43,304 nucleotides of DNA from Opitutales bacterium (GCA_049599475.1 JBMYOQ010000034.1:1-43304), one strand, 5' to 3'. Positions 1-9,527 are shown, counted from the first letter of the stretch. Numbers and translations: made by a program. The notes: a model not told the origin generated them from the letters alone.

Positions 1-382
1 TAAGCCTACTTCGTTAATTGGTTTGGAATGACAATCTGGAGTTCACCAAGCTTATGAAAGAAACCACGAATGAACACGGATTCACACGAATTCTCCATAC
101 TACGGCGCGCATTCGTGCTCAACAGAAAGCTGGTCGTTGATTTAAAAAAGTAGAACTAACCCTGTGTTAAAAAGTCTTTAATCGAATCTCCCGTAACGTC
201 CGAATGCAGAAAATGTTGCAGAGTTTTTGGGTAATTTAGGTGCGCAAGCGCGTAGGGGTAAATGTATTGAAATAAGGGGCTCCTGAGCGAGAATGCCTAG
301 TGGATCTGCGGTGATGCCACTTAAAAATATGAGTGGTGAATAAAATAGCGATACCGCCTTACATTCCACCCCTCCCAAAAAT

Positions 383-1087
383 ATGAAGACTGGAAGAAAT
401 AATAAATGCGTTGCCTGTAGTTGTTTAAATGTATCAAGGAAACCGACGCTTGTGGTGCTACTCTTTGTTCTGAGAGCTTGGGCCGTGGCTGCGCCTCAGC
501 AAGGCACTGAGGTTTTGCTGAATGGAAAAGATTTATCGAATTGGACATTTGTCGCGCAGAATTCGTCGGCTACGCTTGAGGATATTTGGCAAGTCCAGCC
601 AGATGGGAGTCTGTTGTGCACGGGGGCGACGCAATCTTGTCTGACTACGAAGAAAACGGATTATCAAGACTATGTATTGACTTTGGAATGGCGCTGGAAA
701 GAGCGAGGGAATAGTGGCGTGCTCGTCCATGCTAAGGAGCGGTCCAATCCTAAATCGGTGTGGCCACGATCAATTGAGATACAACTCATGCGCAAACACG
801 CAGGGGACTTCGTGGTGCGGGGAGTCGAGCCGTTTGAGGCCCCTGATATGGAGACTCGAGAAAAGAAAAAGGGTCTGCACAAACGTATAGCTGATAATGA
901 AAAAGAATCAGGGGAGTGGAATCTCTTAGAAGTGACCTGCCGTGGAGATGAGATTATCACGCGGGTTAATGGAACCTTGGTCAATCATGCTACAAAGGTC
1001 GGCGAAACTTCTGGAGCGATCTGCCTGCAGTCGGAGAAGTACGAAGTGCATTTCCGAAATATGATCCTGAGACCATTGGCGCAATAG
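383..1087 (+). CDS. DUF1080 (3-keto-disaccharide hydrolase-like) secreted protein
   Basis: Hydrophobic leader followed by typical DUF1080 motifs: LLNGKDLSNW, DYVLTLEWRW..GNSGVLVH, IEIQL, GEWNLLEV, VNG, GAICLQSE...VHFRNMILRPL. Confidence 0.88.
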   Translation: MKTGRNNKCVACSCLNVSRKPTLVVLLFVLRAWAVAAPQQGTEVLLNGKDLSNWTFVAQNSSATLEDIWQVQPDGSLLCTGATQSCLTTKKTDYQDYVLTLEWRWKERGNSGVLVHAKERSNPKSVWPRSIEIQLMRKHAGDFVVRGVEPFEAPDMETREKKKGLHKRIADNEKESGEWNLLEVTCRGDEIITRVNGTLVNHATKVGETSGAICLQSEKYEVHFRNMILRPLAQ

Positions 1088-1089
1088 TT

Positions 1090-1112
1090 TCACCACCTCG
1101 GGCAGGTGGTGA
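1090..1112. terminator. Hairpin between convergent genes, possible terminator
   Basis: TCACCACCT-cgggc-AGGTGGTGA, a 9-bp stem just after the 1087 stop. It has no strong U-tract. Confidence 0.5.
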
Positions 1113-1156
1113 TTCGTTGCATCCTAGTATAAAAACTATCCGGAACTCGCTTGCGG

Positions 1157-3082
1157 CTATTGGATCTCCAAAGCACCAATATCTTCGATTGCTTTACCGT
1201 CCGCATTTCCATCCACGACTCTTTGGTTGCCTTCGAAGTCTACGTATCTATTTCTGGATACGCCGTAGTATCGGATGCCTGCGTCAATTGCTGGTGATTG
1301 TGTGCTAGGAAGCAGTATGTCGTCTGCATTTCCTTTGATGTTGTCCGGGCCGTCAGAGTCTCTGAAAAGTGGATCTTTGATACTGTTTCCGCCGGAGAAG
1401 ACGGTTCTACCGTCTAAGTAGTTTTGGATCGCGGTGGTCCCGAGCCCTGATTGAATAATAGAGTTGATAAATACAATTAAAGCGTTTCGGTTGAAGATGA
1501 GGTCTGCTTTGTTGGTGGAATATCCGTGGTTGTCCCAGATGATCGAATTAATGAAAAATCCGAGGCATGCCTTCGTTCTGCGGGGTGCTTGGTTTTCAGT
1601 TGTGAACTGACCTCTGATGTACATGTGCGAAGCGAAGGGTGCCCGGTTTGCGTGAAATGTATTATTTACGAAATAGGCTTGCAGGTGAAGATATGGCGAG
1701 TCTACGGCAAGGAATAGGGCGCCGCCGCTTTGGTCTGCGGCGTTGCCATTAAATATACAGTTGTGAAACTCTGGTCTGTTTTGGCCATTGGATGTTATCA
1801 TCGCAACCGCGCCACCGGAGAGGGCGCTATTACCCAGGAATTCGCATTCACCGAAAACGAACTCTGCGCCATAAGAGCCCCCAAACATATATTCGTATAG
1901 AAAAGCGCCTCCGTAATCGTCGGTGCGATTTCGGATGAAGCGACAGTTCTGGAATTCGGCTCGAATATATCTATAAGTGTAAGCGGGGGGAAGTGCATAG
2001 CTTGCGTCGGCGATAGATACGGCTCCTCCTCCTTCCCGTGCATGATTGGATTCAAATATGACATTGCTCACCTTCGGGTTGCATTGCCAATTCATGCCTA
2101 TGGCGCCTCCCGTATTATTGGCATAATTTCCAATAAAGTAGAGGTTGCGCAATTGAATATCTGCCCCTGTGTCTAGGCTTATAGCGCCCCCGTGGCCGGA
2201 GCCAAAATTACCCGCAGTAAGAACGAGGCCATCTAGTAATGTCGTGGAATTCAGCATTCCGTTTAGGCTGAAGTCGGTTCTGAACAAGCGTGCGTTGGGT
2301 CCCCTTTTTTGCGCGGGATCTGGCAATATTCCGCGGCTGTCGACGAAGTCATCTTTAAAACGATCGCCACTTATTACAGTGATGTTTGATTGAAGGTCTC
2401 GTTGGGATATTGATGATTCTGTGCCGTCGAAACCTCCGTAAATTTCCATTCCGCTGAGTAAAATGTAGCCTCCTGAATGCTTGGTTTGTGAGTTGTGATA
2501 GACGCCTTCAGCTATCCAAATTGCGGGTCGAGAAAAGTATCCTGACCATGCATCGTAAGCTTCATCGAAATGTTTAAAGGCTTGTCCCCACGAGCTACCG
2601 TCTCCGCTCGTTGGAGTATCTGCGTCTACGTATAGAACGCGGATCAATGAGAATGGGCGCGAAGGAAGTTTGATATCTGCGAAAACAGTGCCATCGGGAT
2701 AACGCCACTTAACACTTAACGAGTCGAATTCAAAAATCGACTCATTGAAATAGGAAATGTTTCCATCCAAATCCGTGGGTAACACTGATAGGAATTCGTC
2801 CCCGAGCCATAATTCGGCTTCGGAAAGCTCCTCGGGGCCCAGGATAGATTTCCCTTTCAGTGACAAGCCTTCGATGTTTGAAAGCTCGGTGAATCTAACA
2901 CCATCATAAAAACGTTCGAAGAAGGCTTCGGGTGCGTCTCCAGTGAATGCTGCAGGGTAAAGGTTATATTCGAAAACGAGTGTTGGGTCCTCCTCGGGGG
3001 AGACCTCAATACTGAGATCGGCAAATGCCTTTGCCGTAGCGATCAGTGCCAGCGAGTAGCTAAGGATTCTTAGTAAGTTCAC
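1157..3082 (-). CDS. Secreted right-handed beta-helix protein with Pmp-like FxxN/GGA(I/L/V) repeats and a choice-of-anchor Q-like C-terminus
   Basis: GTG start and signal peptide (..ATAKAFA). YVDAD..GDGSSW..AF motif. Repeats FIGN..GGAI, FESN..GGAV, FIRN..GGAF, FLGN..GGAV, FNGN..GGAL. Tail SPAIDAG...DFEGNQR...DIGALE. Confidence 0.8.
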   Translation of the reverse strand: MNLLRILSYSLALIATAKAFADLSIEVSPEEDPTLVFEYNLYPAAFTGDAPEAFFERFYDGVRFTELSNIEGLSLKGKSILGPEELSEAELWLGDEFLSVLPTDLDGNISYFNESIFEFDSLSVKWRYPDGTVFADIKLPSRPFSLIRVLYVDADTPTSGDGSSWGQAFKHFDEAYDAWSGYFSRPAIWIAEGVYHNSQTKHSGGYILLSGMEIYGGFDGTESSISQRDLQSNITVISGDRFKDDFVDSRGILPDPAQKRGPNARLFRTDFSLNGMLNSTTLLDGLVLTAGNFGSGHGGAISLDTGADIQLRNLYFIGNYANNTGGAIGMNWQCNPKVSNVIFESNHAREGGGAVSIADASYALPPAYTYRYIRAEFQNCRFIRNRTDDYGGAFLYEYMFGGSYGAEFVFGECEFLGNSALSGGAVAMITSNGQNRPEFHNCIFNGNAADQSGGALFLAVDSPYLHLQAYFVNNTFHANRAPFASHMYIRGQFTTENQAPRRTKACLGFFINSIIWDNHGYSTNKADLIFNRNALIVFINSIIQSGLGTTAIQNYLDGRTVFSGGNSIKDPLFRDSDGPDNIKGNADDILLPSTQSPAIDAGIRYYGVSRNRYVDFEGNQRVVDGNADGKAIEDIGALEIQ

Positions 3083-3331
3083 GGTATATGGTTTATAAGA
3101 TTGTTTGGTAGGACGCCCTATACACGTGTTGAAATTATGACGTTTTCGGATCGTTTTGGATAAATCGTGGTTGCTAGCATTTTTTTGGGAGTTCTCCGGA
3201 AAGTTTGATGTAGAGTAGGGCTAAATGGTCGCTTTACTTCTGTTGTATAAACTTAGATATAGGAGTTATATGAACTCTCTTTTGTATGCCTTCCTCGTTC
3301 TCTGCTTCGGGGGGATTTTCCAAATCACTGA

Positions 3332-4126
3332 TTGATCATGAGCTCTCCTATTCTTTCGAAAATAAGAGTATATCCCATTAAGTCGGTGGGCTATGCGGAG
3401 GTCGATCGTGTGAGCGTTGGTAAATTTGGAAACCTTGAGAAAGATCGATCATTGGCTATCGCGGATTCGAACGGGAAAATTCTGAATGCTAAAAAATGCC
3501 CGGAGCTCATAAGGGTGCGGGCGGATTACAATCTTGAGGATAATACCGTAGCGCTGGGCTCTGACTCTGAGGAAACGAGTGTTTTCAGTTTTTTGGAAGA
3601 GCGCGCGGAGTTGGGGCAGTGGTTCAGTGATTATCTTGGAAGGGCTGTTGAAATAAAAGGAGACGATAATCTCGGGTTTCCTGACGATACGGAGGCCTCG
3701 GGGCCTACTTTAATCAGTACTGAAACGATCAACATAGTTGCTTCCTGGTTTGATGATATCGATGCCGAGGAGGTGCGTAGGCGCCTGCGAACAAATCTAG
3801 AAATTGATGGTGTTCCCGCATTTTGGGAAGATCGTTTATATGGTCCAGGTTCGGACGAGACGAAGCCTTTTAAGCTGGGTGACTTAGAACTGGAAGGGAC
3901 AAATGCCTGCCAGAGGTGTCCAGTGGTCACGCGGAATTCATCTTCGGGTGAGCGCATTCCGGAAGGGTTTCAAAAAGAATTTGGTGAGCGAAGAAAAGAG
4001 AGTTTACCTGACTGGGCTCATGCATCGCGATTTAATCACTTTTACCGCGTGGCCTTGAATACGAAAGCACTGAGAGTGCCAGAGGGTTGCTGGTTGGCTC
4101 TTGGGGATATCCTTGAGGTGTTGTAG
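3332..4126 (+). CDS. MOSC domain protein (MOSC_N plus MOSC, mARC/YcbX-like)
   Basis: IRVYPIKS, DRSLAI, RRLRTNL, FWED and CQRC (conserved Moco-binding Cys). Confidence 0.88.
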   Translation: MIMSSPILSKIRVYPIKSVGYAEVDRVSVGKFGNLEKDRSLAIADSNGKILNAKKCPELIRVRADYNLEDNTVALGSDSEETSVFSFLEERAELGQWFSDYLGRAVEIKGDDNLGFPDDTEASGPTLISTETINIVASWFDDIDAEEVRRRLRTNLEIDGVPAFWEDRLYGPGSDETKPFKLGDLELEGTNACQRCPVVTRNSSSGERIPEGFQKEFGERRKESLPDWAHASRFNHFYRVALNTKALRVPEGCWLALGDILEVL

Positions 4127-4128
4127 GG

Positions 4129-4288
4129 CTCACGCCAAGACCCGAAGACCCAAAGCTTTCTTACCAATTCGCTGCGATCCTGATAAGAAAAGGTAGATGC
4201 CATTTCTATAGATGTTATAATGAACCGCTGACACCTTAAAATCCTTTGGGTCTCTGGGTCTTGAGCGAACGTAGTGAGCGATCGTGAG
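4129..4288. repeat. Intergenic long imperfect inverted-repeat element
   Basis: Left arm CTCACG-CCAAGACCCGAAGACCCAAAG (4129-4155) pairs with CTTTGGGTCTCTGGGTCTTG...CGTGAG (4244-4288). Confidence 0.75.
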
Positions 4289-4337
4289 GTCCAGGTGATG
4301 GTTGACCTTATCAAGGGCGCCCGCTATCCCAATAAAT

Positions 4338-5465
4338 GTGTCTTCAAGCGATCTATCATGCCTGCGTATTCTTCTACTTAGTGCCTACCATTCGAAAAGC
4401 CATGCGCGCTGGTGTGAGGGGCTGATGGCAGCGCTGCCCGAGTACGAATGGACTTTGAAAACACAGTCGGCGCGCCATTTTAGTTGGCGAGTGCGTGCTT
4501 CAGAATGGATTTGGGGCTTAGAGGATGATTCGGACTTCGAGCGAACTTATGACTTAATTATCGCGACGAGTTTAAGTGGCGTGGCGGGTCTGAAGGCGAT
4601 GAAGCCAAAGCTTTCGACTACACCGGTTTGGGTGTATTTTCATGAGAACCAATTTGCGCACCCTCTTGAGGAGCGGCAATCGGAGGTGCACCAGATCAGT
4701 TGGCAGTTCTCGAGTCTACAGAATGCTTTGTGCGCGGATTGGGTGAGTTTTAATACGGAATTTAATCGGAATAGTTTCTTCGCTGGCCTGCGGCAAATGT
4801 TGAAACGCATGCCTGAGCGATTGCCGGGGGATCCTGTAATGCGTTTGGAGGCGATCTCTGATGTGATGCCCGTGCCTTTGAGCGATAATTTGATCAAGAT
4901 GCGGGATGTGGAGAAAGACCCGGAGCTCATCGTATGGAATCATCGCTGGGAGTGGGACAAGCAGCCTCAGGTGTTTTTGGATGCCTTGATTGCTGTGAAA
5001 CAGGCAGGTGTACCGTTTCGCTTAGCGATGCTGGGATCGGGAGGCGCCGAAGACGGGCGTTTTGCAGAGGAGCGTGCAGCCCTGGGGGATTCGGTGGTTT
5101 GCTGGGGCGAGGCTGCAGATGATGACTATCCAAAATGGATATCGAGGGCGGGTATCGGTGTATCCGCCGCCCTACACGATTTTCAGGGACTGGCTGTTTT
5201 GGAGCTGGCTCTCGCTGGGGCCACGATTGTAGCGCCGCGCCGCGTGGCCTATCCTGAGTGTGTGCCGGATGCCTTGTTCTATGAAGGGTCGACAGTCGAT
5301 GTGGAACTCGAGAAACGCGATTTAGCTGCGGCAATCGGAACGTCGCTTAAGGACGCGGCGCCTCGAACTGTGGGTGCTCCGGCCTTGCCGGTGTGGTCGA
5401 AGTGGAAAAATCGATACAAAATACGTATCGAAAAATTGATGCATCGCGCCGCAAGTTCAGCTTAG
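4338..5465 (+). CDS. DUF3524-domain GT-B glycosyltransferase (GTDC1/QTMAN-like family)
   Basis: LLLSAYHSKSHARW, ARHFSWR, YFHENQF, FNTEFNR, IVWNHRWEWDKQP and HDFQGLAVLE. GTG 4338 is preferred over TTG 4302 as the start. Confidence 0.85.
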   Translation: MSSSDLSCLRILLLSAYHSKSHARWCEGLMAALPEYEWTLKTQSARHFSWRVRASEWIWGLEDDSDFERTYDLIIATSLSGVAGLKAMKPKLSTTPVWVYFHENQFAHPLEERQSEVHQISWQFSSLQNALCADWVSFNTEFNRNSFFAGLRQMLKRMPERLPGDPVMRLEAISDVMPVPLSDNLIKMRDVEKDPELIVWNHRWEWDKQPQVFLDALIAVKQAGVPFRLAMLGSGGAEDGRFAEERAALGDSVVCWGEAADDDYPKWISRAGIGVSAALHDFQGLAVLELALAGATIVAPRRVAYPECVPDALFYEGSTVDVELEKRDLAAAIGTSLKDAAPRTVGAPALPVWSKWKNRYKIRIEKLMHRAASSA

Positions 5466-5588
5466 CCTGAGGGAAGTGTCCGGCTTAGAGGTAGGGCTGG
5501 GAGGGTTATGCTCCGGCTTATGTTACTGATAAGAGAGGCTGTTATAGCTTTTTTGTAATATCAATTTAGCTGCCTAAGGGGCGAAGAT

Positions 5589-6476
5589 TTGGATAGTAGG
5601 GTCGTGTGGCTCTCGACTTTTGTATTTTGGCTGAAGGTATCTCGGCCTGGTCTCTGGTTCGCGACTATTTGGCTATATATGTTGCCGACTAGTCAGATGG
5701 ATGTTTGGCGCTCGCTGCCGTTTTGGTTTGGCCTGGCCTATTGTTGTTTTCCTCTGAATTTTCTGGTGTATGGCTGGAACGACATTGTCGATCGGGAGAT
5801 AGACCAAGAGAACCCGCGCAAAGATAGTTTTTTATTTGGCGCTCGTGGCAGTGTGGCCCAGCTCAAAGGGCTGTGGAAGGTCATTTTATTGAGCCAGCTG
5901 ATGACATATCCGATCGCTATTTATTTCGGAGGCTGGAAATTGTTAGTTTTGCTCCTGGGATTAGTGGCTATTAATGCAATTTACAATTTGCCTAAGCATG
6001 GCCTGCGCAGTCGACCGCCCTGGGAGTTGCTGTGTCAGGTGGGTTATATTTTAGTAGTGCCATTCAGTATTTGGATAAATGATACGAATCCGTTGCCGTG
6101 GCAGACATATGCCTATTTGCTGCTTTTTGCGGTCCAATCACACCTGATTGGAGAAGTGATGGATTTGGAGGCGGACAAGAGGAGTGGGCGTATTACTACT
6201 GCGACGTGTTTGGGTATGAAGGCGACCAAATTGATTATTATTGGCATTGTCGCGGTGGAGGTGGCGTTGCTTATGATTGTTTTTGAAGACCTGTTGTTTG
6301 GAGGGATGCTGGCATGTGCCTTGATTTGGCTAATATTAGATCTGTTCCTGATTTTCAAGACCCACACCTACACCTTGGCCCAGCTCAGACTGTTCGGGTA
6401 TCTGTCGAACGGCGTGGCACTCGCGAGTATGGCCTACGTATGGTATTCGGGCTGTTTGCAGGCGTTGCCGGGATGA
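5589..6476 (+). CDS. UbiA-family prenyltransferase (integral membrane)
   Basis: Multiple TM segments, KVSRP..W, and the Asp-rich motifs YGWNDIVDREIDQENPRK and DLEADKRSG. Confidence 0.85.
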   Translation: MDSRVVWLSTFVFWLKVSRPGLWFATIWLYMLPTSQMDVWRSLPFWFGLAYCCFPLNFLVYGWNDIVDREIDQENPRKDSFLFGARGSVAQLKGLWKVILLSQLMTYPIAIYFGGWKLLVLLLGLVAINAIYNLPKHGLRSRPPWELLCQVGYILVVPFSIWINDTNPLPWQTYAYLLLFAVQSHLIGEVMDLEADKRSGRITTATCLGMKATKLIIIGIVAVEVALLMIVFEDLLFGGMLACALIWLILDLFLIFKTHTYTLAQLRLFGYLSNGVALASMAYVWYSGCLQALPG

Positions 6477-6666
6477 GAGTGGTGCACGATTGATCGCGTG
6501 AAAAGAGATGGAGGTTCTCGCTTTTGTGAGGAAGGGCCTAGAGGTGCAATTGGGTAAAGGCCAGTTGGCTGGTGTGTGTTGGAGGATGAGGATGTCGTGG
6601 AGATGATTGAGGTTAGGCGTGGAGAGAGGGTAAAATGTAGATGATCTGGAAAACTTTGCTTCATTT

Positions 6667-6813
6667 TGCCAAATTTGGCATTAGAGGTCATTTTATCTTC
6701 TTAATGCGCCAAATTTGGCAAAATATGAATCTGTTTGCTTGCTAATGCTAGGTTTTAGTGCCATTTATGGCATTATAGATGTCTTATAAGCCCTAAATAA
6801 GCCAATAATGGCA
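6667..6813. promoter_or_regulatory. Array of four palindromic operators GCCA-N4-TGGC upstream of the toxin-antitoxin operon
   Basis: TGCCAAATTTGGCA at 6667-6680, CGCCAAATTTGGCA at 6707-6720, TGCCATTTATGGCA at 6759-6772 and AGCCAATAATGGCA at 6800-6813. Confidence 0.75.
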
Positions 6814-6819
6814 AATTTC

Positions 6820-7185
6820 ATGAGCAAATCAATTATGGATGAATCATTCTTTTCTCCTGAACAATCGCTTCGAGAGATCTGCGAAAAACTGAATCAGCTT
6901 CGGATAGCTCGGCGCATCTCTGTTCAAGAGCTATCAGAACACTCAGGAGTTCCTAGCAGAACCCTCGTTCGCTTCCTTAAGGGCGATACGGCTTCTCTAG
7001 AAAACTTTATCCGCGTTCTTCGAGCTTTGGGGTTAGAGGATAGATTAAACGGCCTTATACCGGACCAAAGCCACTCGCCTATGAGTAAGCTTGAAAAACT
7101 AAGCGGCAACACTCTGCGAAAACGTAGTAGTAGAGCGAATACAAGGCGACCCATTAATAAATTCAAGTGGGGGGATGAGTCGTGA
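6820..7185 (+). CDS. XRE-family HTH regulator, HipB-like antitoxin
   Basis: LRIARRISVQELSEHSGVPSRTLVRFLKG..SLENFIRVLRALGL HTH. Its stop overlaps the hipA GTG start (GTGA). Start could be 6808, 6820 or 6835. Confidence 0.85.
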   Translation: MSKSIMDESFFSPEQSLREICEKLNQLRIARRISVQELSEHSGVPSRTLVRFLKGDTASLENFIRVLRALGLEDRLNGLIPDQSHSPMSKLEKLSGNTLRKRSSRANTRRPINKFKWGDES

Positions 7186-8492
7186 ATGCTGAGGTCCGGC
7201 TTTGGGGTACCACAATAGGCGCTGTTTCGTGGTTAGAGAACCGCGGCTATGGAGAGTTCCAGTATGCTCCCGAATTTGTCGAAAGCGGCATCCAATTATC
7301 ACCTTTACGAATGCCCTTAAGCGATGAGGTCTATTCATTCGCTGATCTTCCTCGAGATGCATTTAAAGGCCTACCCGGCCTTCTTGCGGATTCCCTGCCA
7401 GATAGATTTGGTAACGCGGTGATTGATACTTGGTTGGCAGCGCAAAATCGCGACCCCGATTCATTCAATCCTGTTGAACGCCTTTGTTATACAGGATCTA
7501 GAGGAATGGGAGGATTAGAGTTTATACCGGCCATTTATCTGCGGAACGAAAAATCGGAAACAGAGAGCTCTGCGAATATTGAGAAATTGATAGGGCTTGC
7601 CAACAGAGTCCTTTCAGAGCGTTCGGGCCTTGCAGGACAGGTAGATTGTGCTGTCGAGGGTGATGAGGACCTGCATGACCTGCTCCAATTAGGCACCTCA
7701 GCGGGAGGAGCCCGCGCAAAGGCTGTGATGGCTTGGAACCCTGAAACTGGTGAATTTCGTTCTGGTCAGATTAATCATGGTGCTCCGTTCGAGCATTGGC
7801 TGATGAAGTTCGATGGTGTTTCGGGCAGTGGTGATCACGGCCTTGCTGATCCTCAAGGCTACGGCCGCGTAGAATATGCGTATTACTTGATGGCCGATCG
7901 AGCTGGTGTTGATATGAATCCATGTCGTTTGCATGAAGAGGGTGGGAGAGCGCATTTCATGACAAAGCGTTTTGATCGTATCGAAAACGGTGACAAGCTT
8001 CACATGCTGTCGTTGGGTGGAATGGACCATCTTTCCTATAACATGCCCGAAGCTTATAGCTATGAACTGGCAGTGATTGTCATGAAAAAGCTAGGTTGTT
8101 CATTACCAGAAATTGCTCAATTTGTCAGACGAGCATTTTTCAATATTGTAGCGCGTAATCAGGATGACCATGTGAAAAATACCGCGTTCTTGATGGATCG
8201 TTCTGGTCAATGGAAATTGTCTCCCGCTTATGATATTACATTTGCCGTAAACAAAGATAATCGTTGGCTGAAACAGCACCAGCTCAGCCTTAATGACAAG
8301 CGTGACGGTTTCGTAATCGATGATTTGCTCTTATTTGCTGCCAGAGCTGGTCTCAAAAAATCGGTTACACTTAGAATTCTCAAAGAGATCCAGGAGTCGG
8401 TCTTGTGCTGGTCTGAATTTGCGGAAGAAGCGGGTGTTGATCCTGACAAATTCGGAAACATCCCCGGGGCTTTTCGTATCTTTCAAATTTAA
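7182..8492 (+). CDS. hipA: HipA-family Ser/Thr kinase toxin
   Basis: Couple_hipA-type N-terminus (LLADSLPDRFGN), P-loop GTSAGGARAKA, WLMKFD, EYAYYLMA, RFDR, NQDDHVKN and LSPAYD. Confidence 0.93.
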   Translation: MNAEVRLWGTTIGAVSWLENRGYGEFQYAPEFVESGIQLSPLRMPLSDEVYSFADLPRDAFKGLPGLLADSLPDRFGNAVIDTWLAAQNRDPDSFNPVERLCYTGSRGMGGLEFIPAIYLRNEKSETESSANIEKLIGLANRVLSERSGLAGQVDCAVEGDEDLHDLLQLGTSAGGARAKAVMAWNPETGEFRSGQINHGAPFEHWLMKFDGVSGSGDHGLADPQGYGRVEYAYYLMADRAGVDMNPCRLHEEGGRAHFMTKRFDRIENGDKLHMLSLGGMDHLSYNMPEAYSYELAVIVMKKLGCSLPEIAQFVRRAFFNIVARNQDDHVKNTAFLMDRSGQWKLSPAYDITFAVNKDNRWLKQHQLSLNDKRDGFVIDDLLLFAARAGLKKSVTLRILKEIQESVLCWSEFAEEAGVDPDKFGNIPGAFRIFQI

Positions 8493-8717
8493 AAAATAGC
8501 CCGGGTGTTGGGACGGGGTTTGTTTTTGTAGTCATTGAAGGGGTTACAGCTCTACGAACCTACGATGTGCAGCCAGATGATGCCTTCTGGACTTTCGAAT
8601 GAGTCGGCCCGAGTCGCTGTATCCGCGGCTCTTAGAGCGGCAGTTGTCTGTTTTGGGTATATTTGGCGGGTGTCTCTGGAGCTCCTGTGAATTTAGGCAT
8701 CTTAATCGCTAAGAGCA

Positions 8718-9527
8718 TTGCTTCTTGCGCGTGAGGATGCTCTTGTCGGCAGACTCACATGTGGTTTATGTGGCTTACTGATAATGCGATCTCTTCTATT
8801 TTGTAAAACGGGGCCTAGGGGCCTGAAAGTTAATATCCTGTCGATTTTTCTGCTTTTTGGCCTTCTGGGCCGAGGAGTAGCACAGGAGGCGCCCGGACCT
8901 CAGCCTGAGACCGTGGAGCGTAGTCTGGATTATCCGATTCGCTATGTTTTGGCCTATCAGTCTATTGGTCTGTTTTACCTCAATGCCCTAGACCGCGATA
9001 TCACCAATTTTGACACGTTTAGCTGGGATACCTTTAAGGAAGGATTTTCTCGAGGTCCGGAGGATGATGGGGATGGTGCCTTCTGGAACTACCTGATGCA
9101 CCCGCTTTGGGGCTCTGAGACTTATCTGCGTGCCCGTAGCCAGAACTATGAGTGGTGGGAGTCATTTTTGTTTAGTGCAGGATCCTCGGTCTTCTGGGAA
9201 TATGCCATGGAAAACTGGGTGACGCACCCCTCGATCCCCGATTTAATTATCACGCCTCTGGCTGGCTCAGCTTTGGGCGAGTTGCGTTTCCGTTTAAAGA
9301 AGCACTTGCTGCAATCCGACCTCACTTACCGCAAGACGCTCCTCGTCGTGGTGGACCCGCTGCAAGCTTTCACTGAATTCGTAGGACGCAGGTTCGACCA
9401 GGACTGGAGCGAGCCCGCCTACAGTGGTCTAAAGCCGCCCGAGCGCTATTCTTATCTAGACATCTCACCCACTATTTCGGCGCGAGGTAAGCTCGGTGTA
9501 GCGATGCGCTATGAGATGAATTTTTAG
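8718..9527 (+). CDS. DUF3943-domain protein, probably secreted or membrane-associated
   Basis: DGDGAFWNYLMHPLWGS..Y..AR...SFLFS..SSVFWEY..E...PSIPDLIITPLAGSALGE. The true start may be ATG 8784. Confidence 0.75.
   Translation: MLLAREDALVGRLTCGLCGLLIMRSLLFCKTGPRGLKVNILSIFLLFGLLGRGVAQEAPGPQPETVERSLDYPIRYVLAYQSIGLFYLNALDRDITNFDTFSWDTFKEGFSRGPEDDGDGAFWNYLMHPLWGSETYLRARSQNYEWWESFLFSAGSSVFWEYAMENWVTHPSIPDLIITPLAGSALGELRFRLKKHLLQSDLTYRKTLLVVVDPLQAFTEFVGRRFDQDWSEPAYSGLKPPERYSYLDISPTISARGKLGVAMRYEMNF

Noticed and set aside
8491..8528. Terminator after hipA
   Set aside because: A and T tracts flank only an irregular, mismatched stem. It is plausible but not well supported.
6477..8717. hipBA as a discrete mobile element
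   Set aside because: No flanking direct repeats, terminal inverted repeats or recombinase were found.
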